Source: Tubiluchus corallicola
Lineage: Eukaryota > Animalia > Priapulida
Length of the DNA stretch: 64,000 nt
Assembly (NCBI GenBank): GCA_030141605.1
Contig: JAQGDQ010000137.1
Coordinates: 434,001 to 498,000 of the forward strand
Direction of reading: 5' to 3'
In this document: positions 28,461 through 39,634 of the stretch, piece by piece
Layout: each line of letters starts with the position of its first letter
Position numbering within the stretch: position 1 is the first letter of the stretch
The notes under the pieces: model-generated
What the model saw: the letters and a program-made list of their open reading frames with translations, nothing else
Told to the model about the DNA's origin: nothing
The model's database searches: none
Program-made: the position numbers and the translations under genes

Positions 28461-30036
28461 CAGTGACTAGAGGTACGGATTCGTATCCGGAACTGCAGCA
28501 AGTAAAAATATGGATCCGTGTCTCGAAAGCATTCACTAGAAAATACGGATTGATCCGTACCGCGAAAGACATAGTCGAGAAAATAAGGATTGCCATACTG
28601 CGAAAGAAATTGACTAAAAATATGGATCAGTGTATCAGGCTTGAATCAGCTTGACATCCTAAGCAAATGTATGCACAAATGATAACGATATGGTTTTTAA
28701 AACTGAATGATTTCTATTATAATGAAAATATTTGAAATTTGTGTAGTTATATCAAATGTAAGAGTTTAGCAGCTCTTACAAATTGGGCCTACTGTATATC
28801 AAATAAAGACTAAAAAATTTTTATATGTTCGACAATAAATCACAATACAAAGTAAGCAAAAATACAGTTTAGTAGGTTATCACATTCACAACACTCTGCA
28901 GAAATTCATAACACTTTAAGATTTGAACTCTTGCTAAATGGGGTACTTCCATCAGAATGCTAAAGTTTTTGGTAACAATAAGCAAAATAAATTAAACAGA
29001 CTATTAATTGGTAGATTATACAACTCACGGCACTATGTCAAAGCTAACAATTTGCAAGACAATAAAAGGAGATTAACTAATATCTACAGTGTAACTATTA
29101 TATCATAAAGAAAAGTGGTATAATAGTGCAAGTACAGTTCAATAGTATAAGTTTAGTAGTTTAACTATTATATCATCATTTTCATGAAGTGGGCATGTAC
29201 TTTTCAATGCTGTGCAAGTCACATGGTTGAATGCCATATGTCGTACAAACTGTCAAAATCCGTACGTTTTGTAATGTCGCAAAAAGCACGGATACATGTT
29301 GCAAAATTAGCTACGAATATGGATCCGTATTGTCGCTTATTGTACCGAGTATACGATTGTAGTATTATGTGACCCATTTAATTGTCAGTCTACTACACTA
29401 AAGCACTGAATTAGTCTATGCTGCAATCTACAGTCGTTGTTTTACTCTAATTGTACAAAGTTTGTCAGAGATTGATTTTTGTTTCTAAATATTGTTTCCT
29501 TTTGCTTTTACAGATATTCATTAATCAGAGTAACTAGATTGTTAATTTCATGCTTAATTCTGGTTCTAGCTCTTTTATTCAAGTTTAAATAGAGAAAAAT
29601 TATAACACAGCTTTCTGTAAACAAATAATCTTCATTCTGCTATCAAAGAAGCCAAGTAGACTTTGATTTTGGTTTAACTAGTAGTCTGTAGAGTATAGGT
29701 GACCTTTCCATTTATGGTCTGTATGCATGAATGTTGTGTACCTTCCAAAAGGAAGTTTAATCTTTGGTCATGTGATTATAGCTCTATTCTCTCAGGCATG
29801 CAAGTTGCAGTTGATCTAGAGACAGCAATGTTAAAGGATGCAAATTTTCTACTGTTAAAGTAATGTTGAAGAATACAAAATTTCTAGAGTATCATATTGC
29901 TAACTTTTATGACCGTTTGTTCAATTTTGTTACTGAAGTGAACATTGTATACATTTTACAATAAAATGATTGCAAATTTCTACACGTATTCAGCAATGCA
30001 GAAAAGACGAGTACGGATCCGTACCTCTAGCCACTG
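28461..30036. mobile_element. Non-autonomous DNA transposon (hAT-like termini)
   Basis: TIRs CAGTGACTAGAGGTACGGATTCGTA / TACGGATCCGTACCTCTAGCCACTG with subterminal TA(C/T)GGATC motifs; no clear TSD. Confidence 0.7.
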
Positions 30037-31002
30037 CCTTGCATATTATAATTATGTATTTTGTATTGTTTTCGAGATCATGAGTGGTCTGTAGTCATTA
30101 GTGAACTCAACTAACGTATTCTGATTTAAATGACATGTCAATTAGAAACTGTGGCAGTGCTGGAAATGATTCAAAAGCCCTTAGAAAAAACGTACAAGAA
30201 GGCTCACGCTGTCACGTTTATTGTACCACTACAGGCGCTTTCACATGTCCATGTACTGCGGTGTCATCCGCTGTGATACACAACGAGGCGGTATGCGAGT
30301 ACGCAATACGACGGGAATACTGAACAAGCACTAAAGCCCAACGTAGTGTCAAAGTAGAACAAACTGTGCGCAAAGGCAACAAAATTAAAAACGTGAACTA
30401 GTATTTGCTAGAAAATGGGCACCATGAGATTTCTGGAAATAGTAGATTCTAGAGTAAGCCAAACAAGGACAAGAGTAAGTTCACTTTTTTCGCCAGAAAA
30501 TGACTCGTTTAAACCGAAAGCAGCCTTAAGCAATCTGGGACACTAGATCTGGCAATATGTAACAAAACAAACTAGAGTGATTTGAGCGTCCCGTAACGAC
30601 TCTTGGTGCGGCTATATATCAAATCAAATCAGTTATTTTTTTTTATAGTAACATAATTATAATAGCAAGTCAAATGGGAATTGGGAAGGGGTGGCAATCG
30701 TAAAGTTAGAAGTAAACTCCACGTTTTATTAGATACATTTTCTTTCTAGCATCGGTAGCAATTTCTACAAATGCAGCAATAGCACTTATATATATATATA
30801 TATGTATATATAATAATAATAATATACATAATATTCTATTACTAAACTCATTACACCCTCCCCTTAATAATATGTTGAAAGCAATAATTATTCAAAAGCT
30901 TAATCTTGTTAGGTGCAAACCTAACTGGCTGTACTAAAGTTTTCTTTCCTCTTTCCATCTATAGCAACTCTAACAAATTTTGATATTCTTTTCTCTGTGC
31001 TT

Positions 31003-31365
31003 TAGGGGTGAGCATCGATCGTTCGAATGAGTATTTTCAGTTCCAATTCCATCGGACCTAAAACTACAGGTTCAAATAATTCGGCACTTCAATCACATGT
31101 TCTTTATCATTAAAACAATTGAAACATCATGTAATTAGCACAATTTAGTTGTGATTCTGTGCACATTTGAAACAAACTATTAGTGGTTTTACTGCAGAGC
31201 AAAATCGAGTAATATGCATGATCTGTGTAAGCCTAATCTTTATTGGTGGTTCGAAAACTCATTCAAAATTTCTCAATTCGAATGCAAAATACTGAAGTTG
31301 GGTTTGAATTTGAAAATCACAAATTCGATTCGAATTCGCTTTTTGGTAGAGAATGCTCACCACTA
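31003..31365. mobile_element. hAT MITE
   Basis: TIRs TAGGGGTGAGCAT / ATGCTCACCACTA; exact 8-bp TSD CTGTGCTT at 30995-31002 and 31366-31373. Confidence 0.9.
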
Positions 31366-31421
31366 CTGTGCTTAGGCCTTTAATCATTCTTAACAAATAA
31401 GGCTTACTTTGGTGTTTGCTT

Positions 31422-31674
<253 letters not shown>

Positions 31675-32244
31675 ACTTTACTCATATTTTTAAATAATTC
31701 CTTTGACAACAATAGATCATTACTACAAGTATTGGGATGCACTATTGAAATTATTTTGAAGTACACTTTTTGTCAGCAGAACACTTGTAAATAATAGTAG
31801 GGTAACACCAGCAAGTAAAAGTGGGGCAATTCTAGAAAATAAACAGCAGTTACAGTACCCACAATTACCATGATTTAAAGACCAACACAAAAGCAATCAT
31901 GAGTTAAATACATTTAATGTTTGCAAGTAAACAATAATTCTAACATAAATTACAATGTGTACCATACTTATGATTGAAAAAAATCAGCTAAGTTCTTAAA
32001 CAGGTTTTGAAATAGAGACCAACAAATAAAGAAACACATACTTGTAAATTGCACACATAATGACAACAAACTAACCATAAAGAAGTTTATGATTTTACAT
32101 CGATTGTGCTTTGTGTACCAATTTAAATTAAATAGTTTACTAGTTTGTTATGAAATAAGCATATGAAAATGAAACGAGACCTGTTAACATTAAAATAATT
32201 AGCACATGGAAAAATGATCTATCATTATGCTAATAAACTTCGCA

Positions 32245-33222
32245 TTATGTAGTGTGCTCTAGCTTTGGCCAATTTACTGGCTCAGCTTTTTTTAGCTTTA
32301 TCTCCACCTTTGTGCTAGACAGCATTGCGGAGCTCTTACCAATATCAATGACACCATTCAAAGTTATTCGTTTTTCAAATACACTTGTTCCTTTCTCAAA
32401 AGTAATAAATACATTACATATGACTTCGTTTGCTTCCACATAGCTAAGCTGTGGATCAGGCATTTTTGCATACACGGTAATAATAACATGGGAACCAGTT
32501 TGGTGCCAATCAAAACGACAAGCCACGGCTCTATTTATGCTATCATCTTGCGTTTTTATCCATACATGTTTGCCTAAATTGCAACCTTCTTGTTTAAGAA
32601 ATTCGTCAAAATCAGAAGTTCTCCGAACACAGCAACTCCAGTATTTCATGCCTTCATGGAACACGGGTACACCAGGATGGAAAACACAAGTCTCGTGATT
32701 ACTCGCTTCACCAGCAAAACTTGACTTGCAACCACTATTTTTGCACACTGTGCCATATGGAACATTTCCATCCTTTACTTCATAATCAGTGACATTTTCA
32801 TTTATGCTAACGGCTTCCATTTGTTTTTCTAGAGCCGTTTTCAGGGAAGGTGCTATAGTACAAGGTAAACGTTGCAACGGTTTATCCTCCGCTGGTCGTT
32901 CCATTCTAGTTGTTGGCTTGGGCCCTTCAACTACAATAACTTTATTTTTTTCTTCATTACTCTGTTTTCTAGGTTTCTCTGGTTCGACGGGTTTAATGTT
33001 ACTGTGAAACCCTTTAGTGCAACCTGGTATATTTAGGAATTCTGTGAAATCAGTTACTTTCTTATTACAGCAACCCCATCCCTTATACGCATCATGGAAA
33101 ACTGGTGCGCCCGGGTGAAACTGGCAAGCGTCTTCTTTATTACAAGTTGGGACGTATTTCGCTCCACAACCTTTGTTATAACACTGCAGCAAAACTGACT
33201 CCTGATCACCGTCAGATTTCAT
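32245..33222 (-). CDS. CHORDC1: Cysteine and histidine-rich domain-containing protein (CHORDC1/morgana), HSP90 co-chaperone
   Basis: 325-aa single ORF with two CHORD domains (CYNKGC..C.FHPG.PVFHDAYKGWGCC; CKNSGC..FHPGVPVFHEGMKYWSCC) and a CS domain (CRFDWHQT...KLKKAEPVNW). Confidence 0.97.
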   Translation of the reverse strand: MKSDGDQESVLLQCYNKGCGAKYVPTCNKEDACQFHPGAPVFHDAYKGWGCCNKKVTDFTEFLNIPGCTKGFHSNIKPVEPEKPRKQSNEEKNKVIVVEGPKPTTRMERPAEDKPLQRLPCTIAPSLKTALEKQMEAVSINENVTDYEVKDGNVPYGTVCKNSGCKSSFAGEASNHETCVFHPGVPVFHEGMKYWSCCVRRTSDFDEFLKQEGCNLGKHVWIKTQDDSINRAVACRFDWHQTGSHVIITVYAKMPDPQLSYVEANEVICNVFITFEKGTSVFEKRITLNGVIDIGKSSAMLSSTKVEIKLKKAEPVNWPKLEHTT

Positions 33223-33331
33223 CTTTTCAGAAACTTTAACTTGATGACGCCAACTGAGTTGCTTGAATACGAAAAAGGTCTAAGTATTAATTAAAGCATC
33301 ACTTTTACCGGAATGAGCAGTAAAAACTAAA

Positions 33332-33346
33332 CGAACTTTCTAGAAA
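33332..33346. promoter_or_regulatory. Heat shock element (nGAAnnTTCnnGAAn)
   Basis: cGAActTTCtaGAAa, a perfect three-unit HSE about 110 bp upstream of the CHORDC1 ATG. Confidence 0.7.
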
Positions 33347-33802
33347 GAAAATGTGACAAAACGCAATATGGAAGCTCTTTAGAGTAATACGCAAACCGCC
33401 AACTAGGTTTTATCTTCTTATAGAAGATTTTCGTTACAGTCTGGCTGCTGTGCACGACTGACTTTGCATTTAAAGATGTAGTCCTGTTATTTTGCTAAAA
33501 GATTATTAATTTAGTAAAATAAAGTGATTAATGGTGACGAAATGTGAGCACAGCATGGCTTTCTAGTTTCTATCATTGTGGGATGAGAGACAAAGCTACA
33601 ATGATTAGGACTTCCTAATTTTATTAATCAATCAGACTGTTGTTTATTCGCCTTTGACTTACTGTGTCATTTAAAATCATTTTGTGCTTTCAAAAGACGT
33701 ATTAAAAGGCATCTCTGATTTCTATGAATAATGCTAGAATAGGGTAAAAGTACTGCAAGTAATTGAAGATAAAAAACCGGATGCAATAACATTCTAACTG
33801 TC

Positions 33803-34519
33803 GGGAGCAGAGTAGGACACTAGCCGAAGTAGGACAATTGCAGTACATGGGCTAGCCCAAGTAGGACGCGTCGTACATGGGCTTCTCAAGTAGGACAAAG
33901 TGACAGGTCCCGAACTGCATCGTTAATCATAGAGGCAATGTCCGTTGTCCTTGTTTATTTAATAGTAATAATTGAAAATGTCAATACATCATACAATTTA
34001 TTGTACATCTGATAAAATAAAAGAGTTATTCTGAGCTAGTTTATCGAACATTATTAAATTTGGCTTTGAGATTAATCTTTTTAAGTGAAATAAGCCCGCT
34101 TTTTGGGCGATTCTAACAACATAAGGTATTATCATTTTTTATTTTATCTCGCTTCACAGACAGACATGATCCGTATCACTACGTGACCGAAGTAAACAAA
34201 ATACATATTTTTGATCTTGCAAAGTGGCACTTTTTATTGATGTCAGTTTGCTCGCTGATTTGGTGAAGAGGATCGTGTATATTCACAGTGTCACACCAAA
34301 CTGATGGCAACTCAGCCAACAAGCACAATTTTTAATAAAATGATGAAACTTTTACAGAATTTTTCAAAATTTGGCAAAACTCTCGATGTAAAGTTAAAAG
34401 AGTGAGAGAAATCGCCACTTGGGCTGCCCATGTACGACACTGGTTTTCTGCAAATTTAGCGCATGCGCTTGTGTCTTACTCTAGTACATAGTCTACATAA
34501 CTTCGTATTTGTCACTCCC
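33803..34519. mobile_element. Degenerate DNA transposon with subterminal repeats
   Basis: AGTAGGAC x4 and GTACATGGGC x2 at left; inverted CTTGGGCTGCCCATGTAC and GTGTCTTACTCT at right; GGGAG...CTCCC ends. Confidence 0.55.
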
Positions 34520-34867
34520 ATATATGCAGTATGTGTATAAACACTAATCTTCTATTTTTTGTGGCAAACTTCATAGTGCATTCATTTCTCTGGTAATTTA
34601 ATTTTAGTAAACATGATCAGGATCATCACTGTTTCATCACATCTTTCTTTTTGCCCTTCGCTCTCCATTTTTCTCTGTCATTACTAGCAGTTCACCCTCA
34701 TTTCTGTTGCATTAACTAATCTCTGCTTCACTGTCAGAGTCTCTGTCACGAGCTTTGATTTTTGAGGGCTCTTTGCAAAGCTATTTTGTTGTTGTATTTT
34801 ACAATATTGTACTGTAAGAGTTAATTTCCTTATTTGTAGTTATGTCATGTGAAATGAGTAAATTATT

Positions 34868-34895
34868 ATTGTTGTTGTTTTTGTTGTTGTTGTTG

Positions 34896-34926
<31 letters not shown>

Positions 34927-34942
34927 TGTTGTTGTTGTTGTT
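34868..34942. repeat. Compound (GTT)n(GCT)n(GTT)n microsatellite
   Basis: Directly visible. Confidence 0.9.
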
Positions 34943-35089
34943 ATAGATAGCTCAGGAGCATGGTATGATGGGAAAACATAAAAAACTGCTACAGTGGCTT
35001 CACTAATATTTCTATCAAGCTCTTGTGCATAGAAAGGTAAAAATCATAAAGCAATTAATTATTTGGTCTATATATCTTAATGTTAAGAT

Positions 35090-35637
35090 AATCATTAATG
35101 ATGGTACAAACTTACAATTAACTAGAAAAATATGATTCATTCCAAAGATAAAAGACAGGAAATCCGAAACTTGGAATACAGCCTGGATTTGAACCAAGAA
35201 CTTTCCACTTATAGTGTAGGTGCCTTGTATATTGTGGGCCACTAGATGACTGTATCTTACCAATGGCTAAGACTGTATAAAGTGCATCCCTTATAGACAG
35301 CCAATTACTTTCAGATTTCCAATTTCACACATTAGTACATTACAAGTTAAAAAATGAAGAATAATGTAATCAGTTAGAATCACCCTAGTGTTAGTGCTTT
35401 AACATAGGAAATACTCAATATAGTTGGCCAGTTGTTAGGGATGCACTTTGGATCATCTCGACTCTCAACCATTGGAAGGTACAATGTCCCAATGGTATAA
35501 GGCATCTGCAATATAAGTACAGTGTCATTGGTTCAAATCCAGGCTGTATCCCAGCTTTTTCACATTTCCTATTTTTCATGTTTGGAATCAATGTCAATTA
35601 ATTATAGCCAATATAAATTTGTGTCATTTGATCATAA
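35090..35637. mobile_element. Inverted pair of tRNA-derived SINE-like elements
   Basis: Copy 1 (-) about 35090-35308 and copy 2 (+) about 35421-35637 share GGGATGCACTTT, CCATTGG and B-box GGTTCAAATCCAGGCTGTAT. Confidence 0.7.
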
Positions 35638-35932
35638 GGGAGCTTTAAATTCAATTAAAGACAGCCCCCAAAGCAAATTATTGTGTCAGTGCTATGTTTT
35701 TTGCACATCTATATTTACCCGAATAATTTTTCTAAAATTTCATACTTGTTTAATCTGGGAACATGCTCATGTTTCCTGTGCAATTCATTCACTGTATATG
35801 ATTTCCAAACATTTTACGAAATTCTGTATGAAGTTTAATAAATTTATGGTAAAATATGGCATATATGTGCAATTGTGTTAAATAGTGGCATATTGCATTT
35901 TTTTAGGTTCATTCAGGTACCTAATTGGATTA

Positions 35933-36532
35933 ATGTCTGAATTTGGATTTATTCAGCGTTTACTGAGCACTCGCACTTTACAAAAAGTAAGAGAAGTAAC
36001 CAACGTGCTCTTTACTCGTCATCTGCTTCTGACAAACATCGGTATCAGCATGTCATTATCAGGAACTGGAGACGTGTTGCAGCAACAGTATCAGAAAGTG
36101 TGCAATCGTCAATTAGCTGCATATGATTGTAAGAGAACGTTCGATTTGACACTAGCTGGTGCTACAGCAGGAGTGGTATGCCATTACTGGTATCAGATTC
36201 TAGATAAAAAACTACCTCAAGCTACCACTAAAGTTGTTTGCAAGAAAATAGTTCTAGATCAAATTTGTTTTTCACCGGTAATGTGGGTTGTATTTTTTGG
36301 AACACTAGCTATAGCTGAAGGAGTGCAGCTAAAAGTATTTGCAGAAGAGGCATTGCATAAAGGAACAAAGTTGTGGTTAGCAGAAGTTCTTATTTGGCCT
36401 CCTGCACAAGCTGTAAACTTTGCCTTTCTTCCAACCAAGTACAGAGTTCTCTATGATAGCACCATATCCTTGGGGTTTGACATATATGTATCTTATTTAA
36501 AACACCACACATCTGGGAAAACAAGAAGGTAG
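35933..36532 (+). CDS. MPV17L2: Mpv17/PMP22 family membrane protein (MPV17L2-like)
   Basis: LLLTN..SLSGTGDVLQQ, CHYWYQILD, KKIVLDQICFSP, WPPAQAVNFAFLPTKYRVLY motifs; true ATG at 35933 after an acceptor near 35907; single coding exon. Confidence 0.88.
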   Translation: MSEFGFIQRLLSTRTLQKVREVTNVLFTRHLLLTNIGISMSLSGTGDVLQQQYQKVCNRQLAAYDCKRTFDLTLAGATAGVVCHYWYQILDKKLPQATTKVVCKKIVLDQICFSPVMWVVFFGTLAIAEGVQLKVFAEEALHKGTKLWLAEVLIWPPAQAVNFAFLPTKYRVLYDSTISLGFDIYVSYLKHHTSGKTRR

Positions 36533-37584
36533 AAAAACACTCATCACAGTAGTGATTAAAAACTAAATTAACGAAGTTTCACCTTATTAGTGACACTCCT
36601 ATACTGTTTTTGCTGTGGTTGTCAACACATTAACTTTCAGAAAATTAATTTGCAGTCACTGGTTAGGACAGCAGGTATACATAATATATATATCTAGTAA
36701 AATAATTTTGACATAAAGTGAAAACTGTACATGACAGTTGCCTTACCAGTCAGGAATTGGATGTTGCAATAGTAACGTCACATAATGTGCAATGACACTT
36801 CTGATTAGGTGCTATTACATGTATAATGGAATTTAAATAGTTTTGATTTTAATTGGTGCTACTCCTGGTTTGTTTGATCATGAGACTACTACATTCAAAC
36901 CTTTTTATACTGCCTACTTTGGGACTGTACAAAAACTTGCTGTTATAGTGAGTTTGGCATTTTAATGAAGTGTCTTAATATGTATCTATGCACATATAGA
37001 TATTTTGTTTTGCCAAAAATTTAGATGTTAAACGAGGTTGGCATTATAAAGGGGGCATTATAATGCTTTTTGACTCTAGTATGTTCTCATAGAGAACTAC
37101 ATTGAGCAGACAAGAACAAAAGCAGTCCAAAATTGTAGAGTCTGGTTGGAAGGCTTTTTCAAAAATACAAATTATTGATACAAAAATTGGTGATGTTATT
37201 TGTATTATATACAACAATGTAATTCTAAACTGTTTTTCAGTTAATTTATATGAATGTAATATCAAGCCAGGAGTAGACATCAAGTAGGTGTTAACAGTTT
37301 AAAACACTGAATACCACCTAGCTAGCAACTGTCTCATAGTATAGCACTGCTACATCATGAAGCATATAATTCATAATAAAAATAAAATTGGCATGTTTTT
37401 TACCCGCATTTCTGTAATTCCTGTTAAATTATATCTGTGTTGATTTGTAAACCAATTCATTTACTGGAAGTATTTCTCTCTATTGGATGATTTAGTAATA
37501 AAATTATTAAAACACCAAGACTAATCGGTTTTTGTGTTTTTCATATAAAACATATATTTATGAAATGTCAAAATGATCCTGATA

Positions 37585-37650
37585 TGAGTGGGATTTGAGC
37601 CCAGAACACTGAATTGGCAGCCAAGCAATATGCTACTGGACCACTGCATT
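37585..37650 (-). mobile_element. Degenerate tRNA-like / SINE head
   Basis: Minus strand reads CAGTGGTCCAGTAGC...CTGCCAA...GGGCTCAAATCCC; stems do not fold into an intact tRNA. Confidence 0.4.
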
Positions 37651-38370
37651 GTTGTCAGATGAATCATAATGAGAGTCATTTTCTAAGCTTAATTTAACAT
37701 CAAATTAAATACATAATAACAAGTTGAATGTTTTCTCTTAATCTACATTTTTCCCTATGTGGGAGAGCGCTTCATTAAAATGGTGCAATTTTTAAACTGA
37801 AGCAGTCTGGTATCAAGGTTAATGTACTAAAACTAATTTGATTTTGCTAAACTATGCTACATGGTAGTCCCTCAAAGTTTTTCCTATTTATATTTTACAT
37901 AACAGATATCTTTAACAAATTAAATTTTTCTATGCTTAAATACGCTGGTGATGATGCATTTACACACATAGTCATGCATAACATTTTAACAGAGGAGTAA
38001 GCCTGCAACAACACAGAACAATTTGTTATCTTTGTGTCACAGTGTCTCACAATAGAGACCCTATCACGCCTTCAATATTTAGTATGAAAGTATTGTGCAC
38101 CTCGGACAATCTGTATCGACTCATAGCGATATATACTACAAGATTTAGGATTATAACCTTAAACGTTATAGAACAAATATAGGAAAACAATTAATTACAT
38201 ATATGGTACCAATGTATATTTGGTACTTGTCACAAAAATTTACGGTTACTTTTAGGCTTACAGTTTGATTTATTGCTTGCTTACATTGTAGATCAAGTTC
38301 CGCCTAATGTAACAACACAAATTATATAAATAAGAACTAAATGACTTAAAAAGGTCGTTTTGACCGTGTA

Positions 38371-38451
38371 TATATAAACAAGTGTCTTTGGCGACTTTAC
38401 TTGTTTTCGTTGGAGTTTTCAATCGTTAATTCGCTGTGCCCCTCGAAAAAG
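38371..38451 (+). promoter_or_regulatory. TATA box and probable non-coding first exon of the Kazal gene
   Basis: TATATAAA at 38371, strong donor AAG|GTAAGC at 38451/2, matching acceptor TTTTATTACAG at 39621 just before the ATG. Confidence 0.5.
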
Positions 38452-39013
38452 GTAAGCGGGTAAAGTTTTTTGGCTCTAGTTAATCCACGTAAGTGTTTTC
38501 TAAAACTAACAATTTAAAATCCTCTGTTCCAGATGTACCCAGCAATTAAAGTCCGTATATTTATTTCTAATATGTACAAAAATTAATGCAACAAGGTATG
38601 CGCTACCTTCTCATGAAAAATCTTCAACGCTATAGTTGTGTAGATTTTGTCGATTAAACTCAAAACAAAATGAGGTATTTTTATATAATTTGCTCATTTT
38701 CCTCGATATATTTATACAAAGTGGTTCTACTTAACATTAACAACTTCTTTATGTAAATTACAAAATCCAGTTGGTCTGATCACTCTTAATAAACAACGGT
38801 GGCTAAGATTTAAGAAATTAGTTAAACAACTTTTTTACATGGTGATGTTTTATAAGTGTAAATATGAAATTATAACTCATTGAACGACACTAACAATCTG
38901 TAACTGCAGTATGAACGCTGGAATGACCTAAATCCACAAGACAGGACATGGTAATTCTGGTACACATAAGCTTTTTAATGGAATATTTTTTGTCTTCTAT
39001 AAATTATTTTACA

Positions 39014-39577
39014 CAGTTAACCTCGGATATAAGGTACTCACTTAAAACGGACAATCGCTTATAAGGGACCACCGAAGCCGGTCCCGATTTTTTGCAGCGT
39101 TTTTCCTTACAAAAATTTGCGTATATAAACTACTCGGATATAACGGACTTTCGTTTATAAGGGACGACATTTTCGGGTCCCGTGCGATGGAAATCAAATT
39201 AATTTCCTCGCATATAAGGGACTTGGTGACCGAATACTTTTTCATGCTTAAACTTGACATGTGCCATCTGCAATGGTGGTTTACCGGGGAACTAGATGGT
39301 TTGCTGGTAATATCTTCACCAATTTTCCGGGAAATTTCCAAAAGTTAATTCAACAGAGTGGTAGTTTTTTAATAAACGTTTATTTTGAAGTTCAGTTCAT
39401 GGGCAAATATTTGACAGAGTCGGTTCAGTATGTACCAAATGTTCAGAGAAACGGTCGAAAAGTGCTACTGAAGTAGGGGAATAGATAGCGCGCAAGCTGT
39501 TTCAGTTACAAGAGACACCGAATATACGGGACGATTTTTTCCGGTCCGGAGGTGTCCCTTATATCTGAAATTTACTG
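39014..39577. mobile_element. pogo/Tigger-like MITE
   Basis: TIRs CAGTTAACCTCGGATATAAGG / CCTTATATCTGAAATTTACTG followed by TA; internal ATAAGGGAC repeats. Confidence 0.7.
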
Positions 39578-39634
39578 TAGTTTATAATTTTTTATTATTC
39601 TTCCTACTTGTTTTATTACAGCATAACTGTCACT

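Noticed and set aside
35885-35932. GTG-initiated N-terminal extension of the Mpv17 ORF
   Set aside because: It spans a splice acceptor; the eukaryotic start is more likely the ATG at 35933.
37585-37650. Functional tRNA-Gly (also tRNA-like pieces at about 12790, 16770 and 42650)
   Set aside because: Acceptor and anticodon stems do not pair properly; these are SINE-like relics.
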